Shown here: positions 8,856 to 16,147 of the stretch, piece by piece
Numbering within the stretch: the stretch's first letter is position 1
Layout: every line of letters begins with the position of its first letter
Origin: Bacteroidales bacterium
GTDB taxonomy: Bacteria > Bacteroidota > Bacteroidia > Bacteroidales > UBA932
Assembly: GCA_017429475.1 (NCBI GenBank)
Contig: JAFROX010000006.1
Span: 126,008 to 190,007 of the forward strand
Direction: 5' to 3'
Length of the DNA: 64,000 bases
Position numbers and translations under genes: made by a program
Notes under the pieces: model-generated
The model's input: only the letters and a program-made list of their open reading frames with translations
The model's database searches: none
What the model was told of the DNA's origin: nothing

Positions 8856-11042
8856 TTATATCATTTTAATCAATGTCAAAATATTTTTCCCGTCTTCCCG
8901 GCGGTATGATACGGAATCCATCAGCTGCCTTACAAGGTGAATGCCAAGGCCTCCGATAGGCCGTTCTTCCAGGCTGGCGTTGATGTCCACTTCTGGCCTT
9001 TGGGTGGGGTCGAAAGGCATTCCGCTGTCCGTTATGATAAAGTCCAGCTGTCCTTTGCGCATTATGGCCTCGATGTCCACGAGTCCGTCAGAGCCCTCAG
9101 GATATGCGTAGAGTATGACATTTGTTACGGCCTCTTCAAGGGCGAGATTAAGTCCCATGGCCATATTCTGCTCCAGTTTCATCTCGGAGGCAATGGTTTC
9201 CACAAAGCCTGCCAGCTGGGGAATCTGTTGGATATCGTTGTGAAGGACAAGATGTCGTTCACTGGCGTAGGGTTTTGTATCGTTCATATAGTGTATGAAT
9301 AGCATTGTCAGATCGTCGCTTTGCGGTGCCTTGCCGACGAAAGTGTCGACAGCCGCCTTCATAGTATCGAGATGTTCCTGCGCGCTGCAGTGCTTTTGGA
9401 AATTAGCCTCGACGCGTTGCATCGTGAACTCTTCGTCGTTAGCGTTGACGGCTTCGTTGAGTCCGTCGGTATAGAGCAGCAGGGTGTCATTGTAAGACAG
9501 GTCAGTTTCCTGCTCCTGGAATGACATTTTGGCAATGACGCCAAGCGGAAGGTTCGGAACCACGTCAAGGGTGCGCAACTGGTCGGAGAGGATCAGGGGC
9601 GGATTGTGTCCTGCGTTGCAATATCGCATATGACCCGTTTCCAGATCCAGGATACCAAGGAAGAATGTGACGAACATATTGTTCTCATTCATATCAGCCA
9701 TCGCATCATTCATTGTCGTCACGATTCGCTGCGGGCTCTTTTCGTGCACTGATACAGAACGGAACAGGCTGCGTGTGACGGCCATCACCAGTGAGGCCGG
9801 CACACCCTTGCCGCTGACGTCGCCGATGCAGAAGAACAGTTTGTTATCCCGGATGTAGAAGTCATAAAGATCTCCTCCGACTTCCTTCGCAGGAACCAGG
9901 CAGGCTGCCAGATCGATCTCGTCACGTTCGGGGAAAGGCGGGAACGTATTGGGAATCATCGCCATCTGGATGCCCCGTCCAATCTGGAGTTCGCTTTCCA
10001 TACGTTCCTTCTTCTCGTTCATCTTGTGGTATTTCATTTGGTTCTTGGCAGTGATGCGGAGAATCATAACCAGCATTCCGAGACCCAGCAGCTGGAGCAG
10101 CCTCTCTATGAGCCTTACGCGGCGCATCGAGCCGAATATTTCCTCGTCAGGCACGGCGATGGCCATAGCCCAGCCCGTCTGCTCTACCGGTGCGTAGAAA
10201 ACGTGGAAGAGCTCGCCGTCATTCTCGATCTGGATGGTTCCAGCCTTGTCGGCACGCATATCTGCAATCAGTCTGGCGAATGCCGGCGTGTCATCGACGA
10301 TAGCTGCGACTTCGTCGAGGGTCTTTATGGTGATGTCTCCATCGGGATTGCTGATGAGCACCCTGCCGTCACGGCTTATCACCACCTCCAGTGAGTTGGG
10401 ATATACCTGGGAACTTCCTATGAGCTGTGCCAGCCATTTCAAAGAAATGTCGGCAGTCAGTACCGCTGCCTGCTTGCCATTTACATCCCTTATAGGTATC
10501 GAGTATGTGGTCATTATGATATCTCCGCCACCCGTGTCGAGGTAAGGTTCTGACCAGAAGCCCCTGTCAAGTTCCAGAGGACGGGTGAACCAGGGCTGGC
10601 CGGGGTAGTTGTACTCCTCAGTGGCCAAAGACTTCGTCAGGATGCTTTCTCCCTCGCGGTAGGCATAAGGGGCGTAAAGAGGACGTCTTCTGCTGTAGTT
10701 GGGAACAAGTGCGACGGTAGATCCCATAACCGTAGGGTTGTCTTCGACTATGCGGCTTGCCACGAGGGGCATGCTGTCGAGATAATTGAGGCACCAGCGT
10801 GCTATCCAGATGCTGTTGCGCACTGCGGATTCTGCCTGGTGTGTTGCGTCCACGATCTGCAGTCTGGTGGTTTCCAGCTGGCTTTCAGCTCGCATCTGTG
10901 CTTCTTCCCTGAGGCCCTGCCGGGTGAAATAGTTCTGCAGAAGGGAGGTCGCTTCCAGCGTAAGGGCCGCTACCACGACCAGTAGTACACCTGTTCCTAT
11001 CGATTTTCGTATATTTTTCTGTAATGAATTGATAGACTTCAT
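8856..11042 (-). CDS. Membrane sensor fusing TM, extracytoplasmic double-Cache-like domain, TM, a PP2C (SpoIIE) phosphatase and a C-terminal RsbW/SpoIIAB-like HATPase kinase domain
   Basis: TM1 is GTGVLLVVVAALTL and TM2 is LLQLLGLGMLVMILRI. PP2C motifs are AKEVGGDLYDF, FCIGDVSGKGVPASLVM, YTDGLNEA and QSDDLTMLFI. The C-terminal 130 aa (LALEEAVTNVILYAY...IITDSGMPFD...GGLGIHLVRQLMDSVSY) carry the N, G1 and G2 boxes of anti-sigma serine kinases. Confidence 0.8.
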   Translation of the reverse strand: MKSINSLQKNIRKSIGTGVLLVVVAALTLEATSLLQNYFTRQGLREEAQMRAESQLETTRLQIVDATHQAESAVRNSIWIARWCLNYLDSMPLVASRIVEDNPTVMGSTVALVPNYSRRRPLYAPYAYREGESILTKSLATEEYNYPGQPWFTRPLELDRGFWSEPYLDTGGGDIIMTTYSIPIRDVNGKQAAVLTADISLKWLAQLIGSSQVYPNSLEVVISRDGRVLISNPDGDITIKTLDEVAAIVDDTPAFARLIADMRADKAGTIQIENDGELFHVFYAPVEQTGWAMAIAVPDEEIFGSMRRVRLIERLLQLLGLGMLVMILRITAKNQMKYHKMNEKKERMESELQIGRGIQMAMIPNTFPPFPERDEIDLAACLVPAKEVGGDLYDFYIRDNKLFFCIGDVSGKGVPASLVMAVTRSLFRSVSVHEKSPQRIVTTMNDAMADMNENNMFVTFFLGILDLETGHMRYCNAGHNPPLILSDQLRTLDVVPNLPLGVIAKMSFQEQETDLSYNDTLLLYTDGLNEAVNANDEEFTMQRVEANFQKHCSAQEHLDTMKAAVDTFVGKAPQSDDLTMLFIHYMNDTKPYASERHLVLHNDIQQIPQLAGFVETIASEMKLEQNMAMGLNLALEEAVTNVILYAYPEGSDGLVDIEAIMRKGQLDFIITDSGMPFDPTQRPEVDINASLEERPIGGLGIHLVRQLMDSVSYRREDGKNILTLIKMI

Positions 11043-11050
11043 ACTTCCTT

Positions 11051-11890
11051 CTATTTAAGGATTGGATTGAGTGCAACGCGGAGTTCCGGCTTGATTGCGT
11101 GGAGGTCCCGCTCTATGAGGAGATTCTTGAGCCCCGCATAGGGGAGCAGTTCTTCTTCAATGCTTTTAAGCGGGCGGTCCGAACCGAAATAAGCAGGGGC
11201 AAAAAGCTCCCAGAAACGGAATGCCAGGGCTTTGGGCATATGAAAAGTATCCATAATGAACGATTCTTCGCTTAATACGCAGCAAAGATATACCATTCCT
11301 ACGTCAAAAAGACGGTAACCGTAGCAGAAGTCGCCCAAGTCGATAAAAAACCGTTCGTTTCCGGAAATAATGGCGTTGCTGAACTGAAGGTCGCCGTGAA
11401 TTGCAGTGTCGGAGTCGGGAGCATCGGCGATGAAGCGGCAGAGCTTGTCCTTTTCGGAATTCGTGAAGAACGGGTTGTCTGCCAGAAGATGATAATATAC
11501 GTCTTTCACGCTTTCGAACTCAGCTGCATTCACGTGAACGCCGTGAAGATTGAGACACATTCCGGCGAATTCCGTGGCAAACTGCTCTACTTTTCCGGGT
11601 TCATCGGCAGTGGCTCTGGAATACGATTTCTTGTCACGGATTCGGTGGAACAGGATGCCGTAGCGACCGTCTTCGGTGACTACATAGTCGCCGGGTTCGG
11701 GAGTCGGAATGCCGAGGGCATACACTTTCCGGGCCTTCGTCAATTCCTGGACCGACTGGCTCTCCCTGCCAGGCAGGTATAGTTTCAGCATCACTTCCGG
11801 ATCGAGCTTGCTGCTGTAGCTTTCACCATTGAAGCCGCCGCCGGTCAGGACATAGTCGTCTATGGATATCTTAATGGCTTCCATTCCCAA
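11051..11890 (-). CDS. APH/choline-kinase-fold phosphotransferase family protein (substrate unknown)
   Basis: Catalytic loop HGDLQFSNAI (HxDxxxxN) and metal-binding IDLGDF. The start overlaps the upstream HD gene by 20 nt. Confidence 0.65.
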   Translation of the reverse strand: MGMEAIKISIDDYVLTGGGFNGESYSSKLDPEVMLKLYLPGRESQSVQELTKARKVYALGIPTPEPGDYVVTEDGRYGILFHRIRDKKSYSRATADEPGKVEQFATEFAGMCLNLHGVHVNAAEFESVKDVYYHLLADNPFFTNSEKDKLCRFIADAPDSDTAIHGDLQFSNAIISGNERFFIDLGDFCYGYRLFDVGMVYLCCVLSEESFIMDTFHMPKALAFRFWELFAPAYFGSDRPLKSIEEELLPYAGLKNLLIERDLHAIKPELRVALNPILK

Positions 11891-12458
11891 AAACCTGGTC
11901 GATCAGTTGTTCGAATTCCTTGAAGGCATATGTGTCTTTTAGTTCGCGAAGGGATTCCTCAAGCCCGCGATAATGCCATTCGTGGTCCTTGCGGTCCTTT
12001 GTATGGAATAGATTCCACAGATTATCCCCCTGCATTGCGTAGTCCCTGGCGATTGCACGCATATTGGACAGTTTGTCTCCCAAGGCTACGATCTTTGCTT
12101 CGAGCGGAGCGTCGGCGAGACGTTTTATTGCGTCGCGCTTGCGGCTGTGCCAGCTGTCTTCTTCGCTCACGCCTTCTTCGTAGGTGTCGCTCTCCCAGGC
12201 TACGATCGAGGCTACCCTCTCGCCGAATACGTCCTTGAGCTGCTCAAGCGTCACGTCAGTGTCTTCAACCGTGTCGTGAAGGACGGCAGCGGCGAGCAGC
12301 TCCTGGTCGGAGGTCATTGTGGCAACGATTTCCATCGCTTCCATAGGGTGGACTATATAGGGAAAGCCCTTTCCGCGACGTTCCGTTCCGGCGTGGGCTT
12401 TGACGGCAAAGATGATTGCACGGTCCAGAAGAGAAGTATCCATTTTCGTTTTTGCCAT
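11871..12458 (-). CDS. HD-domain small alarmone hydrolase (SpoT/Mesh1-type (p)ppGpp hydrolase domain only)
   Basis: 195 aa with AVKAHAGTERRGKGFPYIVHPMEAMEIV and AAVLHDTVEDT (HD...ED signature of RSH hydrolase domains). Confidence 0.75.
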   Translation of the reverse strand: MAKTKMDTSLLDRAIIFAVKAHAGTERRGKGFPYIVHPMEAMEIVATMTSDQELLAAAVLHDTVEDTDVTLEQLKDVFGERVASIVAWESDTYEEGVSEEDSWHSRKRDAIKRLADAPLEAKIVALGDKLSNMRAIARDYAMQGDNLWNLFHTKDRKDHEWHYRGLEESLRELKDTYAFKEFEQLIDQVFGNGSH

Positions 12459-12465
12459 ATCCGGG

Positions 12466-13533
12466 TTATTTCTGATTCATAAATGGCAGTCCGGCCGCCT
12501 GCTCGGCCATCATTTCGGCCATCATCTCGTTTCCTTGCGAAGGGCCGCTGAGCGCCTCGAGCATATGACGTATACCGGCCTTCCCGCCACCGTTCTTCAT
12601 TATGTATGCTATGCAAAGGTCCTGCGGGCCGAGCGAAGAAGAGATGATGTCGAGGTCGGTCAGCCCTATCTGGTGGCAGGCTATCTGGTATGCGGCGTCG
12701 AAATAATCCTGGACGAGGTGGGAGATGTCACCGAGAGTCTTCATTCCGAGCCACTTGAAGATTTCAAGATAAGGCAGAAGCGACACTTCCTGGATTTCAG
12801 CCTGGTTGACTGCTGCGATACGCTTGTTGAGGCTGTCGAACGGCCTCAGGTCAAGATAGCTGCGGTAAGAATCGCCGTCGAGGGGGACGTCGTCCAGATT
12901 GCCGCTGGCCACGAGAGCCTTCACCCGCCTCCTGTAGTCGGCGAGTTCGCTGCGTATTCTGCTGAACTGCTCGTCGGCCAGCTCAAGCATACCTGCAAGA
13001 CGGTTGAGGTTGCGCAGATAATTTTTCGGCACTTCGATTCCGCTCTTGTAGCCGGTGTCGTGGTTTATGTTGGCCCAGGCGTGCTGCAGGATTGTCCTTA
13101 TCTGGATTTCGAAACGGTAGGGGAAATCGCCCTGAGAACAGATATAGTGAAGCGACATATATCCGAAACTGTCGATTTCGTGAAGTTTGCGCTTGTCGAT
13201 GGTGTTCGTCCAGTCGATGTCGAAAAGACGGTCGATGGCCGAAGAAACCTTGTCCACGTCGTCGATGTAGAAAGTGATGACTCGGATTCCTATGATGTCC
13301 GTGATGTCAGCAAGGGTTTTGTACTTGTTCCCCTTCAGTTCCAGCTTGCCTGCGAGAGAATCTTCTGTCTTGACGCGGTATTCCAGTGCCGCCACGTGAA
13401 TGCCGGCCTCGTCAATGGTCCGCTTCAGCTTTTCAAAAGCTATGGCGGCCTCTTTTTCGAATTGAGGCAGCTTGTCGCGGTATTCCCTTAGAATCGCTTG
13501 GCAATGGGCATCCAGATGTCTCTCCATAAGCAA
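12466..13533 (-). CDS. RelA/SpoT-synthetase-domain protein (small alarmone synthetase) with a roughly 170-aa C-terminal extension of unknown function
   Basis: Nucleotidyltransferase core: RVKTEDSLAGKL, DIIGIRVITFY, GYMSLHYI, EIQIRTILQHAWANINHDTGYK. There is no HD, TGS or ACT domain. Confidence 0.8.
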   Translation of the reverse strand: MLMERHLDAHCQAILREYRDKLPQFEKEAAIAFEKLKRTIDEAGIHVAALEYRVKTEDSLAGKLELKGNKYKTLADITDIIGIRVITFYIDDVDKVSSAIDRLFDIDWTNTIDKRKLHEIDSFGYMSLHYICSQGDFPYRFEIQIRTILQHAWANINHDTGYKSGIEVPKNYLRNLNRLAGMLELADEQFSRIRSELADYRRRVKALVASGNLDDVPLDGDSYRSYLDLRPFDSLNKRIAAVNQAEIQEVSLLPYLEIFKWLGMKTLGDISHLVQDYFDAAYQIACHQIGLTDLDIISSSLGPQDLCIAYIMKNGGGKAGIRHMLEALSGPSQGNEMMAEMMAEQAAGLPFMNQK

Positions 13534-13543
13534 TCGTTATTAT

Positions 13544-14785
13544 TTATTTGCCGCTGTACCGGCCGGCAAAGAGTACTGCGCCGGTGCTTTGCTCAGTGAT
13601 GATATAGATGAACGGATGGTCGGCGTGGAAAATGGGCCTCATCGGTCCGACAGATGTCGCATTTTTTTCAATTGCAGCAACTGAAACGGCTGCTGCCTCA
13701 GAGCCTTCTTCATCGACTTTGATGACTGCATCCTGCTGCACGAAACTCAGCCTGGAGGCTGCCGGCGACATAGCGCTGAAATCTGCGGCAGTGAAGGCAA
13801 GGGGCATACCCATCGCAGAGAGGATGTCGTTGAGTTTGATCTTGAACTTCGTCTCGAATCTGGGAATCCAAAGGTCGATCTCTACTTCGGCAGGTTTCGT
13901 GCGGAGACGGTCCCAGTCAGTGTTTTTCAGTTCGGCGGTTATGTCCGATACCTTGTAGTCGCCCTTGGGCAGCAGTATTATCATTGAAAAAGCACCGTTG
14001 CCGTAAGGCAGGCGGACCATCTGGTATCTGTCATTCTCGTGGTAAGGCACTTCGCTGACCTGCTTCATCATCTTCACTGTGCCGAAGTTTCCGTCTTCAT
14101 CGAAGAAAAGATCGTCGGATGTGGCGTCCTTGGAGAACTGATATACCCACTGGCTCTTGAAATACACGGCGTTCATAAGGTAGGCGAGAATGCGTGGATC
14201 CACGTTGTCGATGACTTTTGGTATCAGTCCCTCTGTCTGCTTAGAGCACCAGCCGTTGATTGCCTGGAGGGCTTCTTCGTTGTTCGCGAAGTCCAGATTG
14301 GACACTTCGGCGTCGAAAAACTTGCTCACGTCTTTCCTGAAAGAGTCGTTGAGCGGCCAGCCGTCATCCAGGAAGATGGCATTGGCGATGTTCAGTTTGG
14401 TCTTGTTGTCGAGATTCGGAAGCTGCTGGAGCATCGAGAGGCAGAACTGGTTTACCTCGTCCACTTCGCCGGCGCCGTAGCCTAGGACTTTGGCTATCTG
14501 GGCGGCGGTTTCGCCATTGGCTCCGTCCAGAAGCATTCCAAGCAGGAACTGCATGCTCAGGGGTGAGACTACGAAGTCCTCTTTGGCTTCTTTATTTATG
14601 CGGTCGATGAAATCGAAAGTGAATGTGCCGCCCTTCTCGACGAAGCCGGCGGCTTTGGTAGAAAGCTCCAGGGGTCTGTAGGTGTTGTCTGCGTCATTTC
14701 CGCTGACTTCCGGAATCTCCCCGCAGGAAACTACTGTCATCAGCGTCAAGGCTGCGCCCGCAGCAAGGAATAACAAGTGTTTCAT
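13544..14785 (-). CDS. Serpin-family lipoprotein (paralog 1)
   Basis: Lipobox MTVVSC. Serpin core: SPLSMQFLLGMLLDGANGETA, NAVYFKSQW. Hinge and reactive-centre loop: VDEEGSEAAAVSVAAIEKNATSVGPMRPI, followed by FHADHPFIYII. Confidence 0.88.
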   Translation of the reverse strand: MKHLLFLAAGAALTLMTVVSCGEIPEVSGNDADNTYRPLELSTKAAGFVEKGGTFTFDFIDRINKEAKEDFVVSPLSMQFLLGMLLDGANGETAAQIAKVLGYGAGEVDEVNQFCLSMLQQLPNLDNKTKLNIANAIFLDDGWPLNDSFRKDVSKFFDAEVSNLDFANNEEALQAINGWCSKQTEGLIPKVIDNVDPRILAYLMNAVYFKSQWVYQFSKDATSDDLFFDEDGNFGTVKMMKQVSEVPYHENDRYQMVRLPYGNGAFSMIILLPKGDYKVSDITAELKNTDWDRLRTKPAEVEIDLWIPRFETKFKIKLNDILSAMGMPLAFTAADFSAMSPAASRLSFVQQDAVIKVDEEGSEAAAVSVAAIEKNATSVGPMRPIFHADHPFIYIITEQSTGAVLFAGRYSGK

Positions 14786-14831
14786 GGCTTTGTGATTTTA
14801 CTTTAACATGCTAAGTTACATAATTATTGTT

Positions 14832-14861
14832 AAAAAACATGAGGCCCTCTTGGGGCCCCAT
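14832..14861 (-). terminator. Strong intrinsic terminator after serpin 2
   Basis: The minus-strand RNA is AUGGGGCCC-CAAGA-GGGCCUCAU (9-bp GC-rich stem) followed by GUUUUUU, about 25 nt past the serpin-2 stop. It is the only obvious terminator inside the 18075-4159 minus-strand block. Confidence 0.8.
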
Positions 14862-14886
14862 AGATAATCAAATGTGTTGACCGTTC

Positions 14887-16131
14887 CTATTTGCCGCTGT
14901 ACTTTCCGGCAAAGATGATGGCTCCTGTGCTGTGTTCGGTGATGAGATAGAGGAATGGCCTGTCGGCGTGGAAGACCACGCGGCTTCCTGGACGGATGTC
15001 CATTGTTCCTTCAGGTTCGCCTTTGGATACCGAGGCGGCCTTCGTGCCTTCTTCATCGACCTTGATGACTGCATCCTGGGTGACAAGACTGAGATGCAGT
15101 GCAAATTCCGACATGGCCTTGAAGTCGGCGGCGTCCTTGTCGAATGCAGTGGGCATGCCCATAGCTGAGAGAATGTCATTCAGTTCGATCCTGAATTTTG
15201 TTTCGAACTTGGGAAGCCACAAGTCCACATCGCAACTGACCATATTGCGGAAGAAGTCCGACCAAGTCTCGCCGTTCAGCGATTCCAGAATATCCTCGAG
15301 TGTAAACCCTTCATCCGGAAGCACGACCACCATACTGTATGCTCTGTTCCCGTAAGGAAGGCGTACTGCCGTGAAGACATCGGTGCCCTGGCAAAGCAGG
15401 GTAGAATGATTCTTCATCATCGGTACGTTCTTTTTCGCGCCGTTTCCAAGATTGAACGGTTCATCCTTTGTCTGCCCCTTGTCGAACTTCAGGCTCTCTA
15501 CCCACTGGCTCTTGAAGTATATCGCATTCATCAGGATGGCCAGTTTCCCTTCATTCACGTCTTTTATGATTTCAGGAATGAGTCCGTCAGTATGGTCGGA
15601 ACACCATTTGTTGATTTTCTTGACGGTTCCGGCACGGTCGGAGAAGTCCATATTTTCCACCTCAGCCTCAAAGAATTTGCTGACAGTCGTCTTGTAGTTT
15701 TCTCTCAAAGGCAATCTCTGATTGACCACGATGGCATTTGCGATTTCGAGCGTTGTCTGCCTGTCGAGATACGGAAGCTGCCTCAGCATCTGAAGGCAGA
15801 AGTCATTGACGGCATCAACCTCGTCCGCGCCATATCCAAGGACCTTGCATATCTCGTCGGCGGTCTGACCCTGGGCACCGTTCAGAAGCATTCCAAGCAG
15901 GAACTGCATACTGAGAGGAGAAGTAATGAAATCTCCGTCAGTGACGGCGTTCACCTGGCCGATGAAGTTTATGGCGAAAGAGTTTCCTTCCTTGACATAG
16001 GTTGAAGCCTTGCTGTCGGCGGGCATATCGAGTGGCCGATAGGGATTGGCGCGCCCCGGATCACCGGTTGAGCACGAAATGCAACCAAGGGCAAAGATTG
16101 TGAGTGCTGTTATTATCAGTAAACGTTTCAT
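14887..16131 (-). CDS. Serpin-family lipoprotein (paralog 2)
   Basis: Lipobox LGCISC. It shares SPLSMQFLLGMLLNGAQGQTA, NAIYFKSQW and FHADRPFLYLI with paralog 1. Its reactive-centre loop differs: VDEEGTKAASVSKGEPEGTMDIRPGSRVV. Confidence 0.88.
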   Translation of the reverse strand: MKRLLIITALTIFALGCISCSTGDPGRANPYRPLDMPADSKASTYVKEGNSFAINFIGQVNAVTDGDFITSPLSMQFLLGMLLNGAQGQTADEICKVLGYGADEVDAVNDFCLQMLRQLPYLDRQTTLEIANAIVVNQRLPLRENYKTTVSKFFEAEVENMDFSDRAGTVKKINKWCSDHTDGLIPEIIKDVNEGKLAILMNAIYFKSQWVESLKFDKGQTKDEPFNLGNGAKKNVPMMKNHSTLLCQGTDVFTAVRLPYGNRAYSMVVVLPDEGFTLEDILESLNGETWSDFFRNMVSCDVDLWLPKFETKFRIELNDILSAMGMPTAFDKDAADFKAMSEFALHLSLVTQDAVIKVDEEGTKAASVSKGEPEGTMDIRPGSRVVFHADRPFLYLITEHSTGAIIFAGKYSGK

Positions 16132-16147
16132 AATAATGATAATGCTT

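Noticed and set aside
12400-13491. 363-aa plus-strand ORF
   Set aside because: It is antisense to the RelA/SpoT-synthetase gene, which carries unmistakable motifs. It has no motifs of its own and the usual V/G/D/E-rich antisense composition.
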